The position numbers and the translations under genes are program-made. Positions 13,201-28,200 of a stretch of DNA of 64,000 bases are shown in pieces. This DNA is from Eledone cirrhosa (taxonomy: Eukaryota), in contig OZ024743.1 in the NCBI GenBank assembly GCA_964016885.1, positions 297,476,001 through 297,540,000 of the forward strand, written 5' to 3'. The stretch's first letter is position 1; every line of letters starts with the position of its first letter. The notes under the pieces were generated by a model. It saw only the letters and a program-made list of their open reading frames with translations, did not search any database and had not been told where the DNA came from.

Positions 13201-16200
13201 TATGTAAGAGTTAGGAGAGGAGATATCAGTGACGTATGTCAGAGTTAGGAGAGGAGATACCAGTGACGTATGTAAGTGTTAGAAGAGGAGATACCAGTGA
13301 CGTATGTAAGAGTTAGGAGAGGAGATACCAGTGACGTATGTAAGAGTTAGGAGAGGAGATATCAATGACGTATGTAAGAGTTAGGAAGGAGATATCAGTG
13401 ACGTATGTCAGAGTTAGGAGAGAAGATACCAGTGACGTATGTAAGAGTCAGGAGAGGAGATACCAGTGACGTATGTAAGAGTTAGGAGAGGAGATACCAG
13501 TGACGTATGTAAGAGTTAGGAGAGGAGATACCAGTGACGTATGTAAGTGTTAGGAGAGGAGATATCAGTGACGTATGTCAGAGGTAGGAGAGAAGATACC
13601 AGTGACGTATGTCAGAGTTAGGAGAGGAGATACCAGTGACGTATGTAAGAGTTAGGAGAGGAGATACCAGTGACGTATGTAAGTGTTAGGAGAGGAGATA
13701 CCAGTGACGTATGTAAGAGTTAGGAGAGGAGATATCAGTGACGTATGTAAGTGTTACGAGAGGAGATACCAGTGACGTATGTAAGAGTTAGGAGAGGAGA
13801 TACCAGTGACGTATGTAAGTGTTACGAGAGGAGATACCAGTGACATATGTAAGAGTTAGGAGAGGAGATACCAGTGACGTATGGAAGAGCTAGGGGGGGA
13901 GATACCAGTGACGTATGGAAGAGTTAGGGAGGAGATACCAGTGACGTATGTAAGAGTTAGGAGAGGAGATACCAGTGACGTATGTCAGAGTTAGGAGAGG
14001 AGATACCAGTGACGTATGTAAGAGTTAGGAAGAAGATATTAGTGACGTATGTAAGTGTTAGGAGAGGAGATACCAGTGACGTTTGTAAGAGTTAGGAGAG
14101 GACATACCAGTGACGTATGTAAGAGTTAGGAGAGGAGATACCAGTGACGTATGTAAGAGTTAGTAGAGGAGATACCAGTGACGTTTGTAAGAGTTAGGAG
14201 AGGAGATACCTGTGACGTTTGTAAGAGTTAGGAGAGGAGATACCAGTGACGTATGTAAGTGTTAGGAGAGGAGATATCAGTGACGTATGTCAGAGATAGG
14301 AGAGCAGATACCAGTGACGTTTGTAAGAGTTAGGAGAGGACATACCAGTGACGTATGTAAGAGTTAGGAGAGGAGATACCAGTGCCGTTTGTAAGAGTTA
14401 GGATAGGAGATACCTGTGACGTTTGTAAGAGTTAGGAGAGGGGATACCATTGACGTATGTAAGTGTTAGGAGAGGAGATATCAGTGACGTATGTCAGAGT
14501 TAGGAGAGGAGATACCAGTGACGTATGTAAGTGTTAGGAGAGGAGATATCAGTGACGTATGTAAGAGTTACGAGAGGAGATACCAGTGACGTATGTAAGA
14601 GTTAGGAGAGGAGATACCAGTGACGTATGTAAGAGTTAGGAGAGGAGATACCAGTGACGTATGTCAGTGTTACGAGATGAGATACCAGTGACGTATGTAA
14701 GAGTTAGGAGAGGAGATACCAGTGACGTATGTAAGAGTTAGGAGAGGAGATATCAGTGACGTATGTAAGAGTTACGAGAGGAGATACCAGTGACGTATGT
14801 AAGAGTTAGGAGAGGAGATACCAGTGACGTATGTAAGAGTTAGGAGAGGAGATACCAGTGACCTATGTAAGAGTTAGGAGAGGAGATATCAGTGACGTAT
14901 GTAAGTGTTACGAGAGGAGATACCAGTGACGTATGTAAGAGTTAGGAGATGAGATACCAGTGACGTATGTAAGTGTTACGAGAGGAGATACCAGTGACAT
15001 ATGTAAGAGTTAGGAGAGGAGATACCAGTGACGTATGTAGGAGCTAAGGGAGGAGATACCAGTGACGTATGTAAGAGTTAGGAGAGGAGATACCAGTGAC
15101 GTATGTAAGAGTTAGGAGAGGAGATACCAGTGACGTATGTAAGAGTTAGGAGAGGAGATACCAGTGACGTATGTAAGAGTTAGGAGAGGAGATACCAGTG
15201 ACATATGTAAGAGTTAGGAGAGGAGATACCAGTGACGTATGTAGGAGCTAGGGGAGGAGATACCAGTGACGTATGTCAGAGTTAGGAGAGGAGATACCAG
15301 TGACGTATGTAAGAGTTAGGAAGAAGATATCAGTGACGTATGTAAGTGTTAGGAGAGGAGATACCAGTGACGTTTGTAAGAGTTAGGAGAGGACATACCA
15401 GTGACGTATGTAAGAGTTAGGAGAGGAGATACCAGTGACGTATGTAAGAGTTAGGAGAGGAGATATCAGTGACGTATGTCAGAGTTAGGAGTGGAGATAC
15501 CAGTGACGTATGTAAGAGTTAGGAGAGGAGATATCAGTGACGTATGTAAGAGTTAGGAGAGGAGATACCAGTGACGTATGTAAGAGTTAGGAGAGGAGAT
15601 ATCAGTGACGTATGTAAGTGTTACGAGAGGAGATACCAGTGACGTTTGTAAGAGTTAGGAGAGGACATACCAGTGACGTATGTAAGAGTTAGGAGAGGAG
15701 ATACCAGTGACGTATGTAAGAGTTAGGAGAGGAGATATCAGTGACGTATGTAAGAGTTACGAGAGGAGATACCAGTGACGTATGTAAGAGTTAGGAGAGG
15801 AGATACCAGTGACGTATGTAAGAGTTAGGAGAGGAGATACCAGTGACCTATGTAAGAGTTAGGAGAGGAGATATCAGTGACGTATGTAAGTGTTACGAGA
15901 GGAGATACCAGTGACGTATGTAAGAGTTAGGAGATGAGATACCAGTGACGTATGTAAGTGTTACGAGAGGAGATACCAGTGACATATGTAAGAGTTAGGA
16001 GAGGAGATACCAGTGACGTATGTAGGAGCTAAGGGAGGAGATACCAGTGACGTATGTAAGAGTTAGGAGAGGAGATACCAGTGACGTATGTAAGAGTTAG
16101 GAGAGGAGATACCAGTGACGTATGTAAGAGTTAGGAGAGGAGATACCAGTGACGTATGTAAGAGTTAGGAGAGGAGATACCAGTGACATATGTAAGAGTT

Positions 16201-19200
16201 AGGAGAGGAGATACCAGTGACGTATGTAGGAGCTAGGGGAGGAGATACCAGTGACGTATGTCAGAGTTAGGAGAGGAGATACCAGTGACGTATGTAAGAG
16301 TTAGGAAGAAGATATCAGTGACGTATGTAAGTGTTAGGAGAGGAGATACCAGTGACGTTTGTAAGAGTTAGGAGAGGACATACCAGTGACGTATGTAAGA
16401 GTTAGGAGAGGAGATACCAGTGACGTATGTAAGAGTTAGGAGAGGAGATATCAATGACGTATGTAAGAGTTAGGAGAGGAGATACCAGTGACGTATGTCA
16501 GAATTAGGAGAGGAGATACCAGTGACGTTTGTAAGAGTTAGGATAGGAGATACCTGTGACGTTTGTAAGAGTTAGGAGAGGGGATACCATTGACGTATGT
16601 AAGTGTTAGGAGAGGAGATATCAGTGACGTATGTCAGAGTTAGGAGTGGAGATACCAGTGACGTATGTAAGAGTTAGGAGAGGAGATATCAGTGACGTAT
16701 GTCAGAGTTAGGAGAGGAGATACCAGTGACGTATGTAAGTGTTAGAAGAGGAGATACCAGTGACGTATGTAAGAGTTAGGAGAGGAGATACCAGTGACGT
16801 ATGTAAGAGTTAGGAGAGGAGATATCAATGACGTATGTAAGAGTTAGGAAGGAGATATCAGTGACGTATGTCAGAGTTAGGAGAGAAGATACCAGTGACG
16901 TATGTAAGAGTCAGGAGAGGAGATACCAGTGACGTATGTAAGAGTTAGGAGAGGAGATACCAGTGACGTATGTAAGAGTTAGGAGAGGAGATACCAGTGA
17001 CGTATGTAAGTGTTAGGAGAGGAGATATCAGTGACGTATGTCAGAGGTAGGAGAGAAGATACCAGTGACGTATGTCAGAGTTAGGAGAGGAGATACCAGT
17101 GACGTATGTAAGAGTTAGGAGAGGAGATACCAGTGACGTATGTAAGTGTTAGGAGAGGAGATACCAGTGACGTATGTAAGAGTTAGGAGAGGAGATATCA
17201 GTGACGTATGTAAGTGTTACGAGAGGAGATACCAGTGACGTATGTAAGAGTTAGGAGAGGAGATACCAGTGACGTATGTAAGTGTTACGAGAGGAGATAC
17301 CAGTGACATATGTAAGAGTTAGGAGAGGAGATACCAGTGACGTATGTAAGAGCTAGGGGGGGAGATACCAGTGACGTATGTAAGAGTTAGGGAGGAGATA
17401 CCAGTGACGTATGTAAGAGTTAGGAGAGGAGATACCAGTGACGTATGTCAGAGTTAGGAGAGGAGATACCAGTGACGTATGTAAGAGTTAGGAAGAAGAT
17501 ATTAGTGACGTATGTAAGTGTTAGGAGAGGAGATACCAGTGACGTTTGTAAGAGTTAGGAGAGGACATACCAGTGACGTATGTAAGAGTTAGGAGAGGAG
17601 ATACCAGTGACGTATGTAAGAGTTAGTAGAGGAGATACCAGTGACGTTTGTAAGAGTTAGGAGAGGAGATACCTGTGACGTTTGTAAGAGTTAGGAGAGG
17701 AGATACCAGTGACGTATGTAAGTGTTAGGAGAGGAGATATCAGTGACGTATGTCAGAGATAGGAGAGCAGATACCAGTGACGTTTGTAAGAGTTAGGAGA
17801 GGACATACCAGTGACGTATGTAAGAGTTAGGAGAGGAGATACCAGTGACGTATGTAAGAGTTAGGAGAGGAGATACCAGTGCCGTTTGTAAGAGTTAGGA
17901 AAGGAGATACCTGTGACGTTTGTAAGAGTTAGGAGAGGGGATACCATTGACGTATGTAAGTGTTAGGAGAGGAGATATCAGTGACGTATGTCAGAGTTAG
18001 GAGAGGAGATACCAGTGACGTATGTAAGTGTTAGGAGAGGAGATATCAGTGACGTATGTCAGAGATAGGAGAGCAGATACCAGTGACGTTTGTAAGAGTT
18101 AGGAGAGGACATACCAGTGACGTATGTAAGAGTTAGGAGAGGAGATACCAGTGACGTATGTAAGAGTTAGGAGAGGAGATACCAGTGCCGTTTGTAAGAG
18201 TTAGGATAGGAGATACCTGTGACGTTTGTAAGAGTTAGGAGAGGGGATACCATTGACGTATGTAAGTGTTAGGAGAGGAGATATCAGTGACGTATGTAAG
18301 AGTTAGGAGAGGAGATACCAGTGACGTATGTAAGAGTTAGGAGAGGAGATATCAATGACGTATGTAAGAGTTAGGAAGGAGATATCAGTGACGTATGTCA
18401 GAGTTAGGAGAGAAGATACGAGTGACGTATGTAAGAGTTAGTAGAGGAGATACTAGTGACGTATGTCAGAGTTAGGAGAGGAGATACCAGTGACGTATGT
18501 AAGAGTTAGGAGAGGAGATACCAGTGACGTATGTAAGTGTTAGGAGAGGAGATATCAGTGACGTATGTCAGAGGTAGGAGAGGAGATACCAGTGACGTAT
18601 GTCAGAGTTAGGAGAGGAGATACCAGTGACGTATGTAAGAGTTAGGAGAGGAGATACCAGTGACGTATGTAAGAGTTAGGAGAGGAGATATCAGTGACGT
18701 ATGTAAGTGTTACGAGATGAGATACCAGTGACGTATGTAAGAGTTAGGAGAGGAGATACCAGTGACGTATGTAAGAGTTAGGAGAGGAGATGTCAGTGAC
18801 GTATGTAAGAGTTACGAGAGGAGATACCAGTGACGTATGTAAGAGTTAGGAGAGGAGATACCAGTGACGTATGTAAGAGTTAGGAGAGGAGATACCAGTG
18901 ACATATGTAAGAGTTAGGAGAGGAGATACCAGTGACGTATGTAGGAGCTAGGGGAGGAGATACCAGTGACGTATGTCAGAGTTAGGAGAGGAGATACCAG
19001 TGACGTATGTAAGAGTTAGGAAGAAGATATCAGTGACGTATGTAAGTGTTAGGAGAGGAGATACCAGTGACGTTTGTAAGAGTTAGGAGAGGACATACCA
19101 GTGACGTATGTAAGAGTTAGGAGAGGAGATACCAGTGACGTATGTAAGAGTTAGGAGAGGAGATATCAGTGACGTATGTCAGAGTTAGGAGTGGAGATAC

Positions 19201-22200
19201 CAGTGACGTATGTAAGAGTTAGGAGAGGAGATATCAGTGACGTATGTAAGAGTTAGGAGAGGAGATACCAGTGACGTATGTAAGAGTTAGGAGAGGAGAT
19301 ATCAGTGACGTATGTAAGTGTTACGAGAGGAGATACCAGTGACGTTTGTAAGAGTTAGGAGAGGACATACCAGTGACGTATGTAAGAGTTAGGAGAGGAG
19401 ATACCAGTGACGTATGTAAGAGTTAGGAGAGGAGATATCAATGACGTATGTAAGAGTTAGGAGAGGAGATACCAGTGACGTATGTCAGAGTTAGGAGAGG
19501 AGATACCAGTGACGTTTGTAAGAGTTAGGATAGGAGATACCTGTGACGTTTGTAAGAGTTAGGAGAGGGGATACCATTGACGTATGTAAGTGTTAGGAGA
19601 GGAGATATCAGTGACGTATGTCAGAGTTAGGAGTGGAGATACCAGTGACGTATGTAAGAGTTAGGAGAGGAGATATCAGTGACGTATGTCAGAGTTAGGA
19701 GAGGAGATACCAGTGACGTATGTAAGTGTTAGAAGAGGAGATACCAGTGACGTATGTAAGAGTTAGGAGAGGAGATACCAGTGACGTATGTAAGAGTTAG
19801 GAGAGGAGATATCAATGACGTATGTAAGAGTTAGGAAGGAGATATCAGTGACGTATGTCAGAGTTAGGAGAGAAGATACCAGTGACGTATGTAAGAGTCA
19901 GGAGAGGAGATACCAGTGACGTATGTAAGAGTTAGGAGAGGAGATACCAGTGACGTATGTAAGAGTTAGGAGAGGAGATACCAGTGGCGTATGTAAGTGT
20001 TAGGAGAGGAGATATCAGTGACGTATGTCAGAGGTAGGAGAGAAGATACCAGTGACGTATGTCAGAGTTAGGAGAGGAGATACCAGTGACGTATGTAAGA
20101 GTTAGGAGAGGAGATATCAGTGACGTATGTAAGTGTTACGAGAGGAGATACCAGTGACGTATGTAAGAGTTAGGAGAGGAGATACCAGTGACGTATGTAA
20201 GTGTTACGAGAGGAGATACCAGTGACATATGTAAGAGTTAGGAGAGGAGATACCAGTGACGTATGTAAGAGCTAGGGGGGGGAGATACCAGTGACGTATG
20301 TAAGAGTTAGGGAGGAGATACCAGTGACGTATGTAAGAGCTAGGAGAGGAGATACCAGTGACGTATGTCAGAGTTAGGAGAGGAGATACCAGTGACGTAT
20401 GTAAGAGTTAGGAAGAAGATATTAGTGACGTATGTAAGTGTTAGGAGAGGAGATACCAGTGACGTTTGTAAGAGTTAGGAGAGGACATACCAGTGACGTA
20501 TGTAAGAGTTAGGAGAGGAGATACCAGTGACGTATGTAAGAGTTAGTAGAGGAGATACCAGTGACGTTTGTAAGAGTTAGGAGAGGAGATACCTGTGACG
20601 TTTGTAAGAGTTAGGAGAGGAGATACCAGTGACGTATGTAAGTGTTAGGAGAGGAGATATCAGTGACGTATGTCAGAGATAGGAGAGCAGATACCAGTGA
20701 CGTTTGTAAGAGTTAGGAGAGGACATACCAGTGACGTATGTAAGAGTTAGGAGAGGAGATACCAGTGACGTATGTAAGAGTTAGGAGAGGAGATACCAGT
20801 GCCGTTTGTAAGAGTTAGGATAGGAGATACCTGTGACGTTTGTAAGAGTTAGGAGAGGGGATACCATTGACGTATGTAAGTGTTAGGAGAGGAGATATCA
20901 GTGACGTATGTCAGAGTTAGGAGAGGAGATACCAGTGACGTATGTAAGTGTTAGGAGAGGAGATATCAGTGACGTATGTCAGAGATAGGAGAGCAGATAC
21001 CAGTGACGTTTGTAAGAGTTAGGAGAGGACATACCAGTGACGTATGTAAGAGTTAGGAGAGGAGATACCAGTGACGTATGTAAGAGTTAGGAGAGGAGAT
21101 ACCAGTGCCGTTTGTAAGAGTTAGGATAGGAGATACCTGTGACGTTTGTAAGAGTTAGGAGAGGGGATACCATTGACGTATGTAAGTGTTAGGAGAGGAG
21201 ATATCAGTGACGTATGTAAGAGTTAGGAGAGGAGATACCAGTGACGTATGTAAGAGTTAGGAGAGGAGATATCAATGACGTATGTAAGAGTTAGGAAGGA
21301 GATATCAGTGACGTATGTCAGAGTTAGGAGAGAAGATACGAGTGACGTATGTAAGAGTTAGTAGAGGAGATACTAGTGACGTATGTCAGAGTTAGGAGAG
21401 GAGATACCAGTGACGTATGTAAGAGTTAGGAGAGGAGATACCAGTGACGTATGTAAGTGTTAGGAGAGGAGATATCAGTGACGTATGTCAGAGGTAGGAG
21501 AGGAGATACCAGTGACGTATGTCAGAGTTAGGAGAGGAGATACCAGTGACGTATGTAAGAGTTAGGAGAGGAGATACCAGTGACGTATGTAAGAGTTAGG
21601 AGAGGAGATATCAGTGACGTATGTAAGTGTTACGAGATGAGATACCAGTGACGTATGTAAGAGTTAGGAGAGGAGATACCAGTGACGTATGTAAGAGTTA
21701 GGAGAGGAGATGTCAGTGACGTATGTAAGAGTTACGAGAGGAGATACCAGTGACGTATGTAAGAGTTAGGAGAGGAGATACCAGTGACGTATGTAAGAGT
21801 TAGGAGAGGAGATACCAGTGACGTATGTAAGAGTTAGGAGAGGAGATATCAGTGACGTATGTAAGTGTTACGAGAGGAGATACCAGTGACGTATGTAAGA
21901 GTTAGGAGAGGAGATACCAGTGACGTATGTAAGTGTTACGAGAGGAGATACCAGTGACGTATGTAAGAGTTAGGAGAGGAGATACCAGTGACGTATGTAA
22001 GAGCTAGGAGAGGACATACCAGTGACGTATGTAAGAGTTAGGAGAGGAGATACCAGTGACGTATGTAAGAGTTAGGAGAGGAGATACCAGTGACGTATGT
22101 AAGAGTTAGGAGAGGAGATATCAATGACGTATGTAAGAGTTAGGAGAGGAGATACCAGTGACGTATGTCAGAGTTAGGAGAGGAGATACCAGTGACGTTT

Positions 22201-25200
22201 GTAAGAGTTAGGATAGGAGATACCTGTGACGTTTGTAAGAGTTAGGAGAGGGGATACCATTGACGTATGTAAGTGTTAGGAGAGGAGATATCAGTGACGT
22301 ATGTCAGAGTTAGGAGTGGAGATACCAGTGACGTATGTAAGAGTTAGGAGAGGAGATATCAGTGACGTATGTCAGAGTTAGGAGAGGAGATACCAGTGAC
22401 GTATGTAAGTGTTAGAAGAGGAGATACCAGTGACGTATGTAAGAGTTAGGAGAGGAGATACCAGTGACGTATGTAAGAGTTAGGAGAGGAGATATCAATG
22501 ACGTATGTAAGAGTTAGGAAGGAGATATCAGTGACGTATGTCAGAGTTAGGAGAGAAGATACCAGTGACGTATGTAAGAGTCAGGAGAGGAGATACCAGT
22601 GACGTATGTAAGAGTTAGGAGAGGAGATACCAGTGACGTATGTAAGAGTTAGGAGAGGAGATACCAGTGACGTATGTAAGTGTTAGGAGAGGAGATATCA
22701 GTGACGTATGTCAGAGGTAGGAGAGAAGATACCAGTGACGTATGTCAGAGTTAGGAAAGGAGATACCAGTGACGTATGTAAGAGTTAGGAGAGGAGATAC
22801 CAGTGACGTATGTAAGTGTTAGGAGAGGAGATACCAGTGACGTATGTAAGAGTTAGGAGAGGAGATATCAGTGACGTATGTAAGTGTTACGAGAGGAGAT
22901 ACCAGTGACGTATGTAAGAGTTAGGAGAGGAGATACCAGTGACGTATGTAAGTGTTACGAGAGGAGATACCAGTGACATATGTAAGAGTTAGGAGAGGAG
23001 ATACCAGTGACGTATGTAAGAGCTAGGGGGGGAGATACCAGTGACGTATGTAAGAGTTAGGGAGGAGATACCAGTGACGTATGTAAGAGTTAGGAGAGGA
23101 GATACCAGTGACGTATGTCAGAGTTAGGAGAGGAGATACCAGTGACGTATGTAAGAGTTAGGAAGAAGATATTAGTGACGTATGTAAGTGTTAGGAGAGG
23201 AGATACCAGTGACGTTTGTAAGAGTTAGGAGAGGACATACCAGTGACGTATGTAAGAGTTAGGAGAGGAGATACCAGTGACGTATGTAAGAGTTAGTAGA
23301 GGAGATACCAGTGACGTTTGTAAGAGTTAGGAGAGGAGATACCTGTGACGTTTGTAAGAGTTAGGAGAGGAGATACCAGTGACGTATGTAAGTGTTAGGA
23401 GAGGAGATATCAGTGACGTATGTCAGAGATAGGAGAGCAGATACCAGTGACGTTTGTAAGAGTTAGGAGAGGACATACCAGTGACGTATGTAAGAGTTAG
23501 GAGAGGAGATACCAGTGACGTATGTAAGAGTTAGGAGAGGAGATACCAGTGCCGTTTGTAAGAGTTAGGATAGGAGATACCTGTGACGTTTGTAAGAGTT
23601 AGGAGAGGGGATACCATTGACGTATGTAAGTGTTAGGAGAGGAGATATCAGTGACGTATGTCAGAGTTAGGAGAGGAGATACCAGTGACGTATGTAAGTG
23701 TTAGGAGAGGAGATATCAGTGACGTATGTCAGAGATAGGAGAGCAGATACCAGTGACGTTTGTAAGAGTTAGGAGAGGACATACCAGTGACGTATGTAAG
23801 AGTTAGGAGAGGAGATACCAGTGACGTATGTAAGAGTTAGGAGAGGAGATACCAGTGCCGTTTGTAAGAGTTAGGATAGGAGATACCTGTGACGTTTGTA
23901 AGAGTTAGGAGAGGGGATACCATTGACGTATGTAAGTGTTAGGAGAGGAGATATCAGTGACGTATGTAAGAGTTAGGAGAGGAGATACCAGTGACGTATG
24001 TAAGAGTTAGGAGAGGAGATATCAATGACGTATGTAAGAGTTAGGAAGGAGATATCAGTGACGTATGTCAGAGTTAGGAGAGAAGATACGAGTGACGTAT
24101 GTAAGAGTTAGTAGAGGAGATACTAGTGACGTATGTCAGAGTTAGGAGAGGAGATACCAGTGACGTATGTAAGAGTTAGGAGAGGAGATACCAGTGACGT
24201 ATGTAAGTGTTAGGAGAGGAGATATCAGTGACGTATGTCAGAGGTAGGAGAGGAGATACTAGTGACGTATGTCAGAGTTAGGAGAGGAGATACCAGTGAC
24301 GTATGTAAGAGTTAGGAGAGGAGATACCAGTGACGTATGTAAGTGTTAGTAGAGGAGATATCAGTGACGTATGTCAGAGGTAGGAGAGGAGATACCAGTG
24401 ACGTATGTCAGAGTTAGGAGAGGAGATACCAGTGACGTATGTAAGAGTTAGGAGAGGAGATACCAGTGACGTATGTAAGAGTTAGGAGAGGAGATATCAG
24501 TGACGTATGTAAGTGTTACGAGATGAGATACCAGTGACGTATGTAAGAGTTAGGAGAGGAGATACCAGTGACGTATGTAAGAGTTAGGAGAGGAGATGTC
24601 AGTGACGTATGTAAGAGTTACGAGAGGAGATACCAGTGACGTATGTAAGAGTTAGGAGAGGAGATACCAGTGACGTATGTAAGAGTTAGGAGAGGAGATA
24701 CCAGTGACGTATGTAAGAGTTAGGAGAGGAGATATCAGTGACGTATGTAAGTGTTACGAGAGGAGATACCAGTGACGTATGTAAGAGTTAGGAGAGGAGA
24801 TACCAGTGACGTATGTAAGTGTTACGAGAGGAGATACCAGTGACGTATGTAAGAGTTAGGAGAGGAGATACCAGTGACGTATGTAAGAGCTAGGAGAGGA
24901 CATACCAGTGACGTATGTAAGAGTTAGGAGAGGAGATACCAGTGACGTATGTAAGAGTTAGGAGAGGAGATACCAGTGACGTATGTAAGAGTTAGGAGAG
25001 GAGATATCAATGACGTATGTAAGAGTTAGGAGAGGAGATACCAGTGACGTATGTCAGAGTTAGGAGAGGAGATACCAGTGACGTTTGTAAGAGTTAGGAT
25101 AGGAGATACCTGTGACGTTTGTAAGAGTTAGGAGAGGGGATACCATTGACGTATGTAAGTGTTAGGAGAGGAGATATCAGTGACGTATGTCAGAGTTAGG

Positions 25201-28200
25201 AGTGGAGATACCAGTGACGTATGTAAGAGTTAGGAGAGGAGATATCAGTGACGTATGTCAGAGTTAGGAGAGGAGATACCAGTGACGTATGTAAGTGTTA
25301 GAAGAGGAGATACCAGTGACGTATGTAAGAGTTAGGAGAGGAGATACCAGTGACGTATGTAAGAGTTAGGAGAGGAGATATCAATGACGTATGTAAGAGT
25401 TAGGAAGGAGATATCAGTGACGTATGTCAGAGTTAGGAGAGAAGATACCAGTGACGTATGTAAGAGTCAGGAGAGGAGATACCAGTGACGTATGTAAGAG
25501 TTAGGAGAGGAGATACCAGTGACGTATGTAAGAGTTAGGAGAGGAGATACCAGTGACGTATGTAAGTGTTAGGAGAGGAGATATCAGTGACGTATGTCAG
25601 AGGTAGGAGAGAAGATACCAGTGACGTATGTCAGAGTTAGGAGAGGAGATACCAGTGACGTATGTAAGAGTTAGGAGAGGAGATACCAGTGACGTATGTA
25701 AGTGTTAGGAGAGGAGATACCAGTGACGTATGTAAGAGTTAGGAGAGGAGATATCAGTGACGTATGTAAGTGTTACGAGAGGAGATACCAGTGACGTATG
25801 TAAGAGTTAGGAGAGGAGATACCAGTGACGTATGTAAGTGTTACGAGAGGAGATACCAGTGACATATGTAAGAGTTAGGAGAGGAGATACCAGTGACGTA
25901 TGTAAGAGCTAGGGGGGGTGATACCAGTGACGTATGTAAGAGTTAGGGAGGAGATAGCAGTGACGTATGTAAGAGTTAGGAGAGGAGATACCAGTGACGT
26001 ATGTCAGAGTTAGGAGAGGAGATACCAGTGACGTATGTAAGAGTTAGGAAGAAGATATTAGTGACGTATGTAAGTGTTAGGAGAGGAGATATCAGTGACG
26101 TATGTAAGTGTTACGAGAGGAGATACCAGTGACGTATGTAAGAGTTAGGAGAGGAGATACCAGTGACGTATGTAAGTGTTACGAGAGGAGATACCAGTGA
26201 CATATGTAAGAGTTAGGAGAGGAGATACCAGTGACGTATGTAAGAGCTAGGGGGGGAGATACCAGTGACGTATGTAAGAGTTAGGGAGGAGATACCAGTG
26301 ACGTATGTAAGAGTTAGGAGAGGAGATACCAGTGACGTATGTCAGAGTTAGGAGAGGAGATACCAGTGACGTATGTAAGAGTTAGGAAGAAGATATTAGT
26401 GACGTATGTAAGTGTTAGGAGAGGAGATACCAGTGACGTTTGTAAGAGTTAGGAGAGGAGATACCAGTGACGTATGTAAGAGTTAGGAGAGGAGATACCA
26501 GTGACGTATGTAAGAGTTAGTAGAGGAGATACCAGTGACGTTTGTAAGAGTTAGGAGAGGAGATACCTGTGACGTTTGTAAGAGTTAGGAGAGGAGATAC
26601 CAGTGACGTATGTAAGTGTTAGGAGAGGAGATATCAGTGACGTATGTCAGAGATAGGAGAGCAGATACCAGTGACGTTTGTAAGAGTTAGGAGAGGACAT
26701 ACCAGTGACGTATGTAAGAGTTAGGAGAGGAGATACCAGTGACGTATGTAAGAGTTAGGAGAGGAGATACCAGTGCCGTTTGTAAGAGTTAGGATAGGAG
26801 ATACCTGTGACGTTTGTAAGAGTTAGGAGAGGGGATACCATTGACGTATGTAAGTGTTAGGAGAGGAGATATCAGTGACGTATGTCAGAGTTAGGAGAGG
26901 AGATACCAGTGACGTATGTAAGTGTTAGGAGAGGAGATATCAGTGACGTATGTCAGAGATAGGAGAGCAGATACCAGTGACGTTTGTAAGAGTTAGGAGA
27001 GGACATACCAGTGACGTATGTAAGAGTTAGGAGAGGAGATACCAGTGACGTATGTAAGAGTTAGGAGAGGAGATACCAGTGCCGTTTGTAAGAGTTAGGA
27101 TAGGAGATACCTGTGACGTTTGTAAGAGTTAGGAGAGGGGATACCATTGACGTATGTAAGTGTTAGGAGAGGAGATATCAGTGACGTATGTAAGAGTTAG
27201 GAGAGGAGATACCAGTGACGTATGTAAGAGTTAGGAGAGGAGATATCAATGACGTATGTAAGAGTTAGGAAGGAGATATCAGTGACGTATGTCAGAGTTA
27301 GGAGAGAAGATACGAGTGACGTATGTAAGAGTTAGTAGAGGAGATACTAGTGACGTATGTCAGAGTTAGGAGAGGAGATACCAGTGACGTATGTAAGAGT
27401 TAGGAGAGGAGATACCAGTGACGTATGTAAGTGTTAGGAGAGGAGATATCAGTGACGTATGTCAGAGGTAGGAGAGGAGATACTAGTGACGTATGTCAGA
27501 GTTAGGAGAGGAGATACCAGTGACGTATGTAAGAGTTAGGAGAGGAGATACCAGTGACGTATGTAAGTGTTAGGAGAGGAGATATCAGTGACGTATGTCA
27601 GAGGTAGGAGAGGAGATACCAGTGACGTATGTCAGAGTTAGGAGAGGAGATACCAGTGACGTATGTAAGAGTTAGGAGAGGAGATACCAGTGACGTATGT
27701 AAGAGTTAGGAGAGGAGATATCAGTGACGTATGTAAGTGTTACGAGATGAGATACCAGTGACGTATGTAAGAGTTAGGAGAGGAGATACCAGTGACGTAT
27801 GTAAGAGTTAGGAGAGGAGATGTCAGTGACGTATGTAAGAGTTACGAGAGGAGATACCAGTGACGTATGTAAGAGTTAGGAGAGGAGATACCAGTGACGT
27901 ATGTAAGAGTTAGGAGAGGAGATACCAGTGACGTATGTAAGAGTTAGGAGAGGAGATATCAGTGACGTATGTAAGTGTTACGAGAGGAGATACCAGTGAC
28001 GTATGTAAGAGTTAGGAGAGGAGATACCAGTGACGTATGTAAGTGTTACGAGAGGAGATACCAGTGACGTATGTAAGAGTTAGGAGAGGAGATACCAGTG
28101 ACGTATGTAAGAGCTAGGAGAGGACATACCAGTGACGTATGTAAGAGTTAGGAGAGGAGATACCAGTGACGTATGTAAGAGTTAGGAGAGGAGATATCAA

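Noticed and set aside
20271-20282. G8 instead of G7, and other singletons such as the insertion near 5371 and TATGGAAG near 13884/13918
   Set aside because: Single-copy homopolymer or indel differences cannot be distinguished from sequencing or polishing error without reads.
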